From: Camelus dromedarius
Lineage: Eukaryota
Length of the DNA stretch: 64,000 nt
Assembly (NCBI RefSeq): GCF_036321535.1
Contig: NC_087437.1
Span: 90,522,001-90,586,000, forward strand
Direction: 5' to 3'
Below the pieces are notes generated by a model. The model ran no database searches and had not been told where the DNA came from. It saw nothing but the letters and a program-made list of their open reading frames with translations. Position numbers and translations under genes: made by a program. Shown one piece after another: positions 1 to 10,859 of this stretch (the stretch's first letter is position 1; each line of letters opens with the position of its first letter).

Positions 1-699
1 TAGTTCCCTCACTACTCTTCCTTTCCTGGGCATAGAGAGGAAAGACCTGCTAAGTATTTAATCTGTGTCCAGGAAATAAAGCTTTCATTTTACAACCTAA
101 CCAAGCCCTAATAAAACAGTAGAGTGGTGGGAGAAACATAAACCTGGACCCTCAAGCAATGTTTTTCAGCCAAAACCAAGACCAGGAAGGCATAACAATT
201 TGTTTGAGCAGGAACTGACAATATCAACAAAGTGTGATGTGTCTTTTGGAACGGTGTTTGATAAATGTGAGGCAGCCATAAACATGAGAAGACAATTCAA
301 CAGGGGTTTTGCGCCTCCTCCCCCTTCTAGTTTATTTTTTTATTTTTTTTCCCCCTTTAAATTCTCTTCTCTCTTTTGGTGTATTAATATGGCTTGATCT
401 AAGATGCTCAGAAGTACAGATAATCCTTGAGCTGGTGCTCTTTCTACGGTTTCTGTTTAGGACACTATTTATTTATTTGGACCTGATGCTGGTGCTGCTG
501 CTGGTTGCAGTGGTGCATTTTCTCTGGTTATCAACACCCCTTCCACTCCCCCTCACCCCTTCACCCCAGTCTGCTGTGAAAAGCAGCACTGTCTTAATCA
601 TTGGTTTACATACTTAATAAAAGAGACCCATGCCCTTAATAAAACATAATGCAGCTGATGGAATCTCTCCGGGTAGAGAAAGAGTAAATCCTCCTTCAG

Positions 700-702
<3 letters not shown>

Positions 703-742
<40 letters not shown>
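703..742. repeat. (GA)20 microsatellite
   Basis: Perfect dinucleotide run. Confidence 0.97.
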
Positions 743-744
<2 letters not shown>

Positions 745-1021
745 AGCAGACAGTTATTTTGCAGTGCACTGAATAGACAATTCACAGGGAAATGTTGAAG
801 GCAGAGAGGAGGCGACCCCCAAGTGTAGTCCATTGCCCACATGCTCTATAATAAATAATCTTCTTGCACCAGCCCAGCAGTGTGTGCAGTGACGTGCCGG
901 GGCCGGCACACACAGATTGGCAGGGAAAACACATCCAGCGGTGTCGAATTTTCATCGCAATCACCAAATTAACTGATTTCCTCATATCACATTCCCCTTA
1001 CCCGGCGTGGTGTGAGCGGAT

Positions 1022-1042
1022 GCGCGCGCGCGGGCACACACA

Positions 1043-1088
<46 letters not shown>
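1022..1088. repeat. (GC)5 followed by a (CA)n microsatellite
   Basis: gcgcgcgcgcg at 1022-1032, then a CA run at 1035-1088 with one interruption. Confidence 0.95.
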
Positions 1089-1092
<4 letters not shown>

Positions 1093-2764
1093 GCAGAGCT
1101 GAGAAATACAAGTTACTGAGAGGTGAAGTGAGGTCTCCGGAAGGATGTTTCAGCACGGATTGAAAACCCAAGTAATGTGTCCGCCATCGGGTTACTCGCG
1201 AGGGTAGGGGTGTGAGGGAAATGGGATCAGGCGGCATAAGCAGGAAGAATGGGCTGTCTGCCTTCTCAGAGATTCTGGCACATGACATATCTAAAATTTA
1301 CATCAAACAAAAAATACACATAATTACCACAAAATATTCCAAGAAATATCTCTGCAAGGTCAGTTAGTTAATTTAGGAAAATTATGCCCATTATCTCTTT
1401 CACATTCATAAACATGCATAAATAAAATACAGTCCTGGTCTATATACCAGAGGAGGACAGGAGAGGATGCATTCCAAGAACTTGCTGAAAGATGGTTCAT
1501 TGACCTCATTTAAATCCTCCAAAGGCCGACTGGGTTTTGCACTCCTGTTCTACGTGAGTCTTACTTTCAGATTCCTTTTACCCAGGGACAAATAAATTTG
1601 ATCAACTTATCTTTCCTACAAATACACAAATGATGACAGAAGGGTTAGAGGTGGGCAAAGAATTATCAAGAAATCAAATCACCTAGCTTAAAAAAAAAAT
1701 CATACGACCATCATTTTACATCCATCCTTCCTGTATCTCACACTCAAGCCACATCCCTACACTACTCTCTTCAAAGCAACAATCTTCCACCTTACAGCCC
1801 CTGTCCACTCAGTCCTAGCATGCCGCCTCTGCTTCCACCACCACCCAAAGTGTGCTCTCCCCAAGCACTCCTACTCCGTGTATTGCCATTTATTTCATAA
1901 TCAGCCTCGTCCTCCCATTCCACACAGCTCCCTCCTCCCTCCTCCAAGAGAGGGTCTGGGGAAAAGTGCACCCCAGTTCCATAGCCAGTCCACATCCAAA
2001 CCCAGTGATTTGCATAATAACAGTGTTTTGTGCCGTTTCCCTCCACTGCGGTCGCCGGGGTTCTTACATTTCACGTGAAAGGATAATATTAATTATGGAA
2101 AGAAGCGGCAGAGAGCGTATGGAGAGGTTAGGGAATCTAAGCGAAAATCCCTTAGCAGTAAAGTAACTGCTACAGTGCATATATTTCTTGGCTTTAAGAA
2201 AAGAAAAAGAAAAACACACAGACTGAATAACAACAACAACAAAAAAAAGTCGGTTTGTTCACAAAGTGGCTTTGAGTCTCAATTTTTCCCTTCCCTTGGC
2301 TCTTTTTATTTCTTGGTTCATTTATTCATTCTTTCTTTTTCTTTTCACTCTTTTTTCCTATCGTATCTTTCTTCCTTTCTCTTTTCCCCTCTCTTATCTA
2401 TTTATTTATTTAATTTATCTTCTTAACCCCAGCCTCCTCTCTTCCTAGGTGAATGACATGTCTCACAACACATTTCCCTCCTGGGGATGTTATTGCAATG
2501 CACACGGTGCTGCCGCTGCTGCTGTTCTCGCCGTCTCGATAGCTCGCTCCCAGACTCTCACACACTTTTTAAAGACACACGGATATGATGATGGTGGGAA
2601 GAAGGGGAAAGAGAAAGGCGACCCGAAAAGGGGGAGGAGGTTAAAGAGATGACAAGAGATGGAGAGGGTCGGTCAGGAGCGTGATGTGGGAGGTGGCTGA
2701 TGGGGGTTGGTGGGAGGGTGGAATGTTCAGAGAAGGCACAAGTTGCCAGCCAAAAGGCGTGGGA

Positions 2765-2794
2765 GTGTGTGTGTGTGTGTGTGTGCGTGCGTGT
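2765..2794. repeat. (GT)n microsatellite
   Basis: GT run ending in gcgtgcgtgtg. Confidence 0.9.
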
Positions 2795-3093
2795 GGGGAG
2801 GGGCTGCCGGCGAGGATGGATAGTGAGAGATGTAGGAAGCTCAGGTGAATGAAAAGGCGAAAGGTGCCGCGTAAGGGGCTGACTGCTGGGAGAGTGGGGT
2901 TGAGCCAGCATCAGAAATTCGAGGGGCTGGAGCAAACTGCCACTGCCCCCTGCCGCACCGGGGAGTAGGGGGAGGGGGTGGAAATCGCCGGGGACTGGGG
3001 GACTGGAAGGGGGAGAGTGGAAATATGGGGTGGAGTGAGGATGATGGGGAATGGGCGTGAAGTTGATGCTCCCCGCGGCGGGGCGGGGATTAC

Positions 3094-3154
3094 CTTGTAG
3101 CAGGAGCCCGCAGACGCTGTAGAAGCGGAGAACGGCGCTGCGTTTCCAAATCAT
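3094..3154 (-). CDS. CADM2: CADM2 (cell adhesion molecule 2 / SynCAM2 / Necl-3) first coding exon, encoding the signal peptide; the gene continues beyond the window start
   Basis: The minus strand reads GGGACC-ATG ATT TGG AAA CGC AGC GCC GTT CTC CGC TTC TAC AGC GTC TGC GGG CTC CTG CTA CAA G|GTAATC, i.e. MIWKRSAVLRFYSVCGLLLQ(G). I recognise this as the CADM2 N-terminus. Kozak A at -3; 61-nt phase-1 coding exon; canonical GT donor at 3093-3088; lies in a CpG island. Confidence 0.93.
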
Positions 3155-3820
3155 GGTCCCTTCGCTAAAGGGTTGGGGAAGGAATGAGAGGGGCAAAGAG
3201 ATGCTGATAAGCGGGGCACCAGAGCTCAGAGCTCCGCCGGTGTCTTCCTTGCGGAGCCCGCCGGACCCACGGTCCGCGCCGCTGCGGTGCTCGAACCCTC
3301 GGACGCGGATCGGCAGTTGCAGAAGCGGCAACGGCAAAGCACCCGCAGAATGGGGTTTCGGTGGGCAAAATAGTTTCTTTTCCTCTTCCTCCTGCTGGTG
3401 GTGCAGCCGTGACAGCCGGTCTGCCAGGCACGGGTTCGGAGCTTGCCTTCCTCTCGGCGCGCACAGCAAGTACCAGCGCCCGCCGGAGCTGTCGAGCAGG
3501 TGGTGCAAGGATGCCGGGGTGTCGGAGAAGGTGCGGACGAGGGCTGCAAGGAGTGGGTAGGTCACGGAAGGGAGGGGCGGTGAAGAGGGGGAGCAAGCAA
3601 GCAGCAGCCGCGCTCGCGCTCGGGGTGTCTCGGGGTCCTGGGAGGGGAGGTGGCAGCGGTGGAAGCGGCGCTAGAGGCAGTAGCGGCGGCGGCGGCGGCT
3701 CCCGGATGCTCAGGCTGCAGCAGCTGCAGTGGCAGTGGCGGCAGTGGCGGCGGCGGCGGCAGCGGCTGCGGCGGCGGCAGCGGCTGCGGCGGCAGCGGCG
3801 GCGGCAGCTCTACAGAGCAC
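3155..3820 (-). other. CADM2: CADM2 5' UTR / non-coding part of exon 1 (5' boundary approximate)
   Basis: GC-rich stretch between the ATG and the GC-box/CCAAT cluster, with no upstream ATG on the minus strand (no CAT on plus). The TSS is inferred from motif positions only. Confidence 0.6.
3683..3808. repeat. Imperfect (GCG/GCC)n trinucleotide repeat in the CADM2 5' leader
   Basis: (GCG)5 at 3683-3699, then 32 triplets at 3713-3808 that read GCN/ACT on the minus strand. Confidence 0.9.
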
Positions 3821-3852
3821 CAGACACAAGGGCAAGCTCAGCGCGGCGGAGG

Positions 3853-4148
3853 CCCCGCCCCAACCCTGGCCAGGGACAGACACCGCCCCCTGGCCAATGG
3901 AAACACACCCGCCCACCAGGGCCGGCCAATGAGAGAAAGGGATGGGTGGAGACAGGCGCCGGGAAAAACAAACAGGCTTCTCAAGGACCCTTCGGGCAGG
4001 AAGAACTAAAGCCCCCATTCACACATCCCCGGCGGGTCTCACCTCCTTAGAGAGTCTTGCCTTAACTTGCAGAGAAGACAGCGCCTTCATTAATCAGTGC
4101 CTAGCATTCGGGAAGGGTTCAGCCAATCGCCACCGCGAGGGGGCGGGG
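3853..4148 (-). promoter_or_regulatory. TATA-less proximal promoter with Sp/KLF GC boxes and NF-Y CCAAT boxes
   Basis: CCCCGCCCC 3853-3861, CCGCCC 3883-3888, CCAAT 3894-3898, CCCGCCC 3908-3914, CCAAT 3926-3930, CCAAT 4123-4127, GGGGCGGGG 4140-4148. Confidence 0.75.
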
Positions 4149-4517
4149 TTAGCGTGTCCCCAGCAGGTTCTGGAATCCGTGGTGCCTGGGCCAGGTCCTG
4201 GGTGCGAAGTTCTTTTGCGCATTTGGACTCCTAGAGCAGATGGTGGCTGCACCTGCCCACTCACCAGCTGCAGTTGCATTCTCTGAAGCTCCCAGCAGCA
4301 AAAGGGAACGATTGCAGAGGGCGTGGGAGAGGCTAAGTATAGGGAGCGGAACACCTACCTGCCTACAAGAACTTGTGTGGCAGAGGGAAAAAATGTTAGG
4401 GGTGGAGGAAATTAATTTGTTGTTATTCATGAGAATTTGACTTAGTCTACGCATAGATCTCAGTAGAGCCTAGCAGGTGACAGTATCGTACAGGTCAGGT
4501 CAGGTATACCTAGATGA

Positions 4518-4703
4518 GGTAGACCCGGGTTCAAATCCCATAGCTGTCACTTCTTGCTTCACAGTGCTTTATTTTACTTGAATGTTTAAATCAGAAGCCT
4601 CCTCAACTGCAAAATGGGGATAATAATAGTACTTAACTCTTGGAGTTGTAAGGATTAAGTGAGAATGCAAACATGTTAGTACAGCAATGTGTAAGGGCTT
4701 TGA
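4518..4703 (+). mobile_element. MIR SINE remnant
   Basis: agacccgggttcaaatccca (B-box) ... cctcaactgcaaaatggggataataatagtac ... gttgtaaggattaagtgaga resembles the MIR core. Confidence 0.75.
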
Positions 4704-5547
4704 CGGCTCTAGCTGTTTAGTGGGATTTTTCTAATTCAGGATAGCAGGAAATCTTAGGCAATCTCTATAAATGTCTTAACAACAGCCTTAAGGAAGGGAG
4801 AAAAAGCATAACTGTACTTACTTCAGAGACTCAACCAAAAATGATCATAAAAAGAAACTCAGGAATCTGGAAAGAACCACCTCTATAAATCAGCACCCTG
4901 AAAGTGCCCTTTAGAAGAAGAGATATAAATAAACAGGACATAAATTAATCAGAAGTTGTGTTTCCAAACAAGCTTGATTCTCAGGCTTTTCCCTATGACC
5001 AGTTTTTAACTGGACCAAATTAGCAGATGATGGACTAGTTCAGTAGTGTTAAATCAGTCACACCATAAATAAAGTCTGCTTTGTTTCCGAGACTACACAA
5101 TAGAAACCTGCAAGCAAGGAGACGGAGGGAAAGATGAGAGGCAGGATCAATACTGAGGCCCTCCGCTCTCTCCCATTTGTTGCTTACTTTGCCACAACCT
5201 TTCACAAATTCAACTCTTGCCTTTTAACTAATGACCCATTCATTTCTCTCTCCACCTTTCTCCCCAGGTTTTCAAAATTAAGAAGCAAAATGTCCATAAT
5301 AAAACTGAGAGTGGACTTTAGAAGAAAGAGGATGTGTGAATACTCTTGTTATTGTAGTAGATAGTTGCCTACTGTGAGTTTTAGCTGTTAGGAAAGTCAG
5401 TTAAGTCTAAAGATACTGCTATCATTTAAACTATTGTGAGCATCAAAAGGTGAAATTTTAATCATTATTGACTCTTGCTTATGTTTTGTGCCAGGGAGTA
5501 TATAAAGATGGAAATGCCAAAGAAGTTAAGGTTTCTTTATTGAAACT

Positions 5548-5700
5548 GTAGTCAGGGTTCCTGGGTTCCAGGGCACATCCTCTGCCAGCTGTATGACCTT
5601 GGGCATATATTCAACTTTTCTGACCCTCAGTTGCCTCAACTATAGTATAGTATGAGGAAGCTGCATTTGATGACTTCTAAAGTCTCACTGAGCTAAAAAA
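5548..5700 (+). mobile_element. MIR-family SINE remnant
   Basis: cctgggttcc ... gctgtatgaccttgggca ... ctcagttgcctcaactat ... atgacttctaaagtc. Confidence 0.65.
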
Positions 5701-5864
5701 AAAAAATTATTACTCTAATATCGTTATAGTCAAGGAAATGCCCCAATTAAACATGAGTATCTCAGCATTTGTGGTCAATACTCAGAAGCAAACTGTATTC
5801 TTTTTCTTCTTGGTAACTGCCAGAGAAATTAGGATTTATATACTAAAACAGCCTGTAGGTTTGC

Positions 5865-6025
5865 TGTGCAGTATGTGGTCTCAGTCCAACACTACCACCA
5901 TCACTTGGGAATTTTGTTAGAACTGCATAGTCTGAGGCCCCATACCTACAAAATCAGATTCTTCATTATAACAAGATTCCAGGGTGATTTATATGTACTA
6001 TGCAAAGTTTGAGAAGTTCCAGTCT
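5865..6025. mobile_element. MER5-like hAT-Charlie DNA transposon remnant
   Basis: catcacttgggaattttgttagaactgca ... aacaagattccagggtgattt ... aaagtttgagaag resembles the MER5A/B consensus. Confidence 0.7.
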
Positions 6026-6843
6026 TTTTAAAAAAAATTTTATTGAAATATAGTTTATTTACAATGTACATTTCAGATGTACAGCAAAGTGATTCAGTTG
6101 TACATATACATACATATATACATTTTCTTTTCAGATTCTTTTCCATTATATGTTATTATAAGAAATTGAATAAGTTTCCTGTGCTATACAGTAGGTCCTT
6201 GTTGTTTATCTATTTTATATATAGTAATGTGTGTCTGTTAATCCCCAACCCTAATTTATCCCTCCCAGTCCTTTCCCCTTTGGTAATCATAGTTTGTTTT
6301 CTATGTCTATGAGTCTGTTTTAGGTTTGTAAATAGAAATTGTATTTTGTTTTTAGATTCCACATATAAGTGATATCATATGATATTTGTCTTTCTCTGAC
6401 TTACTTCACTCAATATGATAATCTTTGTTGCTGCAAATGGCATTATTTCATTCTTTATTATGGCTGAGTAATACTTTATTTTATAATAATTTTTTGTGTG
6501 TGTATGTGTGTGTGTGTGTATATATACACACACACACACATACACCATATCTCCTTTACCTGGTCATCTGTTGATTGACATTTAGGTTACTTCCATGTCC
6601 TGGCTATTACAATTAGTGCCGCTATGAACATTGGGGTGCACGTGCCTTTCTGAATTATAGTTTTTTCTGAATATATGCCCAGGAGTGGGATTGCTGAATC
6701 ATATAGTAAGTCTATTTTTACTTATTTAAGGAACCTCCATACTGTCCTCCATAGTGTCTACACTAATTTACATTCCCACCAAACATGTAGGAGGGTACCT
6801 TTTTTTCCACATCCTCTAGCTTTTATTATTTGTAGACTTTTTA
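6026..6843 (-). mobile_element. 5'-truncated L1 (3' end) with a 15-bp TSD
   Basis: Poly-T head and L1 3' UTR/ORF2 C-terminus (gcccaggagtgggattgctg, ttaaggaacctccatactg); TSD gagaagttc(c/t)agtct at 6011-6025 and 6844-6858. Confidence 0.9.
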
Positions 6844-8044
6844 GAGAAGTTCTAGTCTCTAACAGTGCTTTACTGCACACTCAACCCCAGGGAGAATTTT
6901 GTGGGTGTTCTATGAAATGGAGGAGACTAAAAGGCCAAGAGGATTTTTGTTACATTGTTATTTTCAGGAACCCCAGGAGTCTCCTTGTCATCCCAACACA
7001 AAAGTAACTCTTCTTGTAAACCATAGAACAAATTGATTAATTTAATTAGATAGGTTGAAAATGGTTGTAGGTTTGACTGTGATGAGAGTAATAAACTTTA
7101 ATGTGATTAAGAGCTCTCTTTAGCCAACACACTCAGGGGAATGGAAGAGAGTTTGCATTTATTCCAGTCCTGGGGCAGGGCGGGGGGTAGGGAGGACACT
7201 CAAAACATGAGCTCTAGCCATTTGAATAAACAATGTCATCCTCAAGTACAAAGAATAGATAATGCTATATTTTCTAAATAGTCGATTCTTAGATGCTATT
7301 AATCAATTAACTTAAAAATATAAAATGCTCAATGGTTGTAAAATCTTTCAATATTTTAAAGTGTGACAAGGGTCAATATGTTGTAGAGTTGTCATTGTAT
7401 GGATAACTTCATCTCTAAAACTTAAAACATTTCTTAGAATGAAATTAAATATCTTTACATATCTTAATTTCATAATTTTAAGGCTATTATTATCTACATA
7501 GATTATCAGTGTCTCTGTAAATGTACGAATTAACTGACCTCTTATGAGTCATCACACAATGAATTAATTTCATAAATTGCCAAAAGATGGCATCTATCTA
7601 TGCTTTCCTATATGCAATAGTATAAAATATTAAACCTGTTTGGAAGATTTTCTATACTTTTTTTTTTTTAATAATTAAGTCTTGTATTCTCCTTCACTTT
7701 ATGGCAAAAATATTTTGTTTTGAAGTAATTTTTAAATGTTTTAAATACAAGCCTTGCATTTAATACTCATTTTAAAAGTTATATAATGATAGCAAATACT
7801 TTTTCCCTGCCTTGCATATTATGGTTCTCTTTGCTGTACTGTCACAGTAGAGGATGACAGCCTCCTCCTCCTCCAATTGTACTATAGATATTAGAATTCT
7901 TTTAAGATAGATTTCACAGGAGACCACAGTAAGCTTGTACTTTATGACTTTTTTCCACCAGTTTGAAAATTTTGGTATTTATCATAAATGTGGTATTTAT
8001 GCCTTTTTTATTCAATTAGGAGCAAAGTAATTTGTCAGCAGTTT

Positions 8045-8195
8045 TAAGGTGATGGGTGTCATAATTAACTAGACAGGTAAAATCCTTTCATAATGTATAC
8101 TTATATCAAATCATCACAATGTAAACTTTAAATATATCACAAATTTATTTGTCAGTTATACTTCAAAGCTGGAAAAATAAATAACAAATAAAAAA
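8045..8195 (+). mobile_element. Old L1 3' end fragment
   Basis: tttcataatgtatacttatatcaaatcatcac ... ttatttgtcagttatacttcaaagctggaaaa followed by an A-rich tail. Confidence 0.65.
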
Positions 8196-9329
8196 GTTTT
8201 AATTGTGGCAAAAGTTTTTGAAATGTGAATGGGAAAATTGTGTCAAGTTTTGACAACTATGGATAAATTTACTGGGATTTCACATCGTTAATTGAAATAT
8301 TTATATTTCTCTTTTAAAATATTAAATTTAAGTGAAATATCTAAACACTTGAAATATACAGTCATTATAGATATCAGGACTAAAACAATCTAAAAATCCA
8401 TGCTAAACTGACTCTCATAGAAAATTGACTCTTGCAGTAAATGGACCTAGAAAAAGAAAATTCATGGCCTGGTGAAAATGTAGACCATTGTGAAAGAAAA
8501 TTAACTTATTGAATACTGGAAGCATTGACTGTCATTCTCCAGCTCTCTAGCGTTTTAAATATGAGGTCAGCTGCCTGTGTTGCAGAGACATTAAGAATCC
8601 TTGGGTTTGGTATATAGTATATATAGTATAATGCATACTATATAGTATTATTTATTTATGTGCATGTGTGTGTGATAGTATATAGCAATATTAACTGCCT
8701 TTAAATGCATTTTTAACTTAGCATTTTGCTACTACTTACAAAACATTCAATATCCTTAAGTTATGACCTTTTACCCCACCCCACTTGAAATACCTTATAG
8801 CTAGAATTTCAACTTATATTGATGATGTTATATAAATATTGAAAAGAAATTCACAAATTTTCAGAAATTTACAATCTCAAGATTAACTATTTCTTCATTT
8901 TTCCATGAATAAACCAAGTGGCAATATACCAACATCTATATATTGCCTGATTTTAAAATATGCAATTGCAATATATAGAGTAAAAATGACCTTGTGATGT
9001 TATGTAGTATAACTTCCATCTCTATTATGATTGAATCTAAATGATCTAAGATATGTGGCCATCATGCACTTTCTTAAATTCATCCTAAAAGATGATTCCT
9101 TTTAATAGCAACTAATATGTACCATAGTTATTTTACAAATGACCAAAGGTAAATGGAAATATTCTGGAGATAACTCTCAACTCTTGGACAGTAATATTGA
9201 AAATCAGCTTTATTAAAAGACAAAGCAAAATAAACCAAAAGATCTCTAAAGAAGATGACTCTATCTATTCATTCAAGTTAATTTCATACTTGCCACAAGG
9301 TTTTTGTGTGGGGGGTGTTTTTTACGTGG

Positions 9330-9665
9330 AACACTTTTACTCAAGATCATGATATAGTCATTTTCTTACTTTTGTGAGGAGTCTACTCAAATGTGGCATT
9401 TCCAGAGAGTCATTTACTGATGATCCTCTGCTCCTCCAACCAAATCTATCTTTGTTTTATTATTTTCATGCCCGTTATAAACCTGAACTTATTTATATAT
9501 TATTTAATTTACTTTATACTTGTGTATTTGTTTTCTCCCCAACTAGAATACAAGTTGGAAGAATGCAAGGACTTCAACTTGTTGACTGGATTTTCAGCAA
9601 CTAGAATTAAAGAGCTAAAACACATTAATCATTTAACATATACTTACTGAAAGAATGGATGAATC
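9330..9665 (+). mobile_element. L2 LINE 3' remnant
   Basis: ctactcaaatgt ... tctccccaactagaatacaag ... gaatggatgaat tail typical of L2. Confidence 0.6.
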
Positions 9666-10544
9666 CATGAAAAGCTGATTATCCTCTAGTTTAACTTGTA
9701 TAAATACAGACTTACTTAACTTCCCTCTTTGTATCTTTTTTAGGCATTATTTTCCTTAATAAATAATTCTAAGTATTAAGTGGCACCACTCAAACTACAA
9801 ATTCAGCGCTTACAAAAAATTAGATTTAGCTTTTTGTTTACAAAAGAAACACATGAGTTGGCAAAATACAAATTATGTAGAGATAAATAAACTGAAATAA
9901 ATAAAACAGACACCCAGCAAAAGTTACTTTAGTGATTTTATTCCCAATACATAACCACTATTGACCATTGTTAACTATCCCTCACTTTTTTCGACAGCAA
10001 AATGTTTGGAATATATAGATAGAAACAACTACAGTTTACATATTAAAGTATACACAACTGTTTTTTCTCATTTTTGTAGTCTGATGTTTTAGGAGATTAT
10101 TTGTATTTGTACTAGTATTAATATAACTTCTTTTAGGAATATTACAGAGTTCTATGGAATAAGCCAGGTTCGATTAACAATACCAAAACCAAATGAGAAC
10201 TCAGTTTTTAGTCCAGATTGGCCAAATAAAAGGAGCTATGTTGGTAAATAAATAGCTGCAATAAAGAATTTTGAAGAACTCTATTTAATAGTAAATATAA
10301 TATTACTTGACTCCTAGTGAAATATTAAGCTACCTTATAATTCCAATGATTGAGCAGCCAAGTTGCTCTACATCTCTAGGGAACATCTTATTTGTACCTT
10401 AATAAAATAAAAATAATCAGAATAACAAAGCATATTGAAGTAGCAAACAATTACTAAAAGGACAGAGGAGAATAGGAGGAAATAAGCCTGGAAAGTCAAC
10501 TATAAGGAATAGCATAGCTTTAAAACTATGGCTTGTTCCTAGAA

Positions 10545-10764
10545 CTGTGCTGTCCAAAAGATAGACACTAACACAGTCCAACTGTTTAAATTTAAATTAA
10601 TTAAAATGAGATGAGAATTTTAAACTATACATCTTAGTCATCCTATTCACATTTTAAGTACTCAATAGCCACATGTGACTAGTGACTAGTGACTACTCTA
10701 TTGGACTACACAGATTGACAACATTTCGAAACATCATCATAGAAAGCACTACTGGACAATGCTG
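10545..10764. mobile_element. MER3-like hAT-Charlie element
   Basis: Degenerate TIRs ctgtgctgtccaa / actggacaatgctg; internal tttaaatttaaattaattaaaat and ctcaatagccacatgtg. Confidence 0.75.
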
Positions 10765-10785
10765 TCCTTGGTACCAAAATATTTA

Positions 10786-10824
10786 TTAGTCTAGGATCTC
10801 CAGAGAAATAGAATCAATAGGAGA

Positions 10825-10859
<35 letters not shown>

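Larger units (their letters stand above)
1..3093 (-). other. CADM2: 5' part of CADM2 intron 1
   Basis: Begins at the GTAATC donor. No recognisable Ig-domain exon follows, consistent with the very large first intron known for CADM2. Confidence 0.8.
2900..4220. promoter_or_regulatory. CpG island over the CADM2 promoter and exon 1
   Basis: Dense CpG and high GC content compared with the CpG-depleted AT-rich remainder of the window; boundaries approximate. Confidence 0.9.

Noticed and set aside
864..1288. ORFs with HTHT/VCVC runs
   Set aside because: They are translations of the CA microsatellite.
2558..3565. 335-aa minus-strand ORF as a standalone gene
   Set aside because: It is the CADM2 5' UTR, exon 1 and read-through into intron 1 past a canonical donor; the C-terminal part is low-complexity (Pro/His, THTH from a GT repeat).
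4065..4085. REST/RE1 site (GACAGCGCC half-site)
   Set aside because: Only 12 of 21 positions match the canonical RE1 and the left half is missing. The TTCAGCAC at ~1149 likewise lacks a proper right half.
3153..4454. Overlapping plus- and minus-strand ORFs in the CpG island (poly-Ala, poly-Arg, Gly/Ser/Cys-rich)
   Set aside because: These arise from high GC content and the GCG repeat; there is no recognisable domain.
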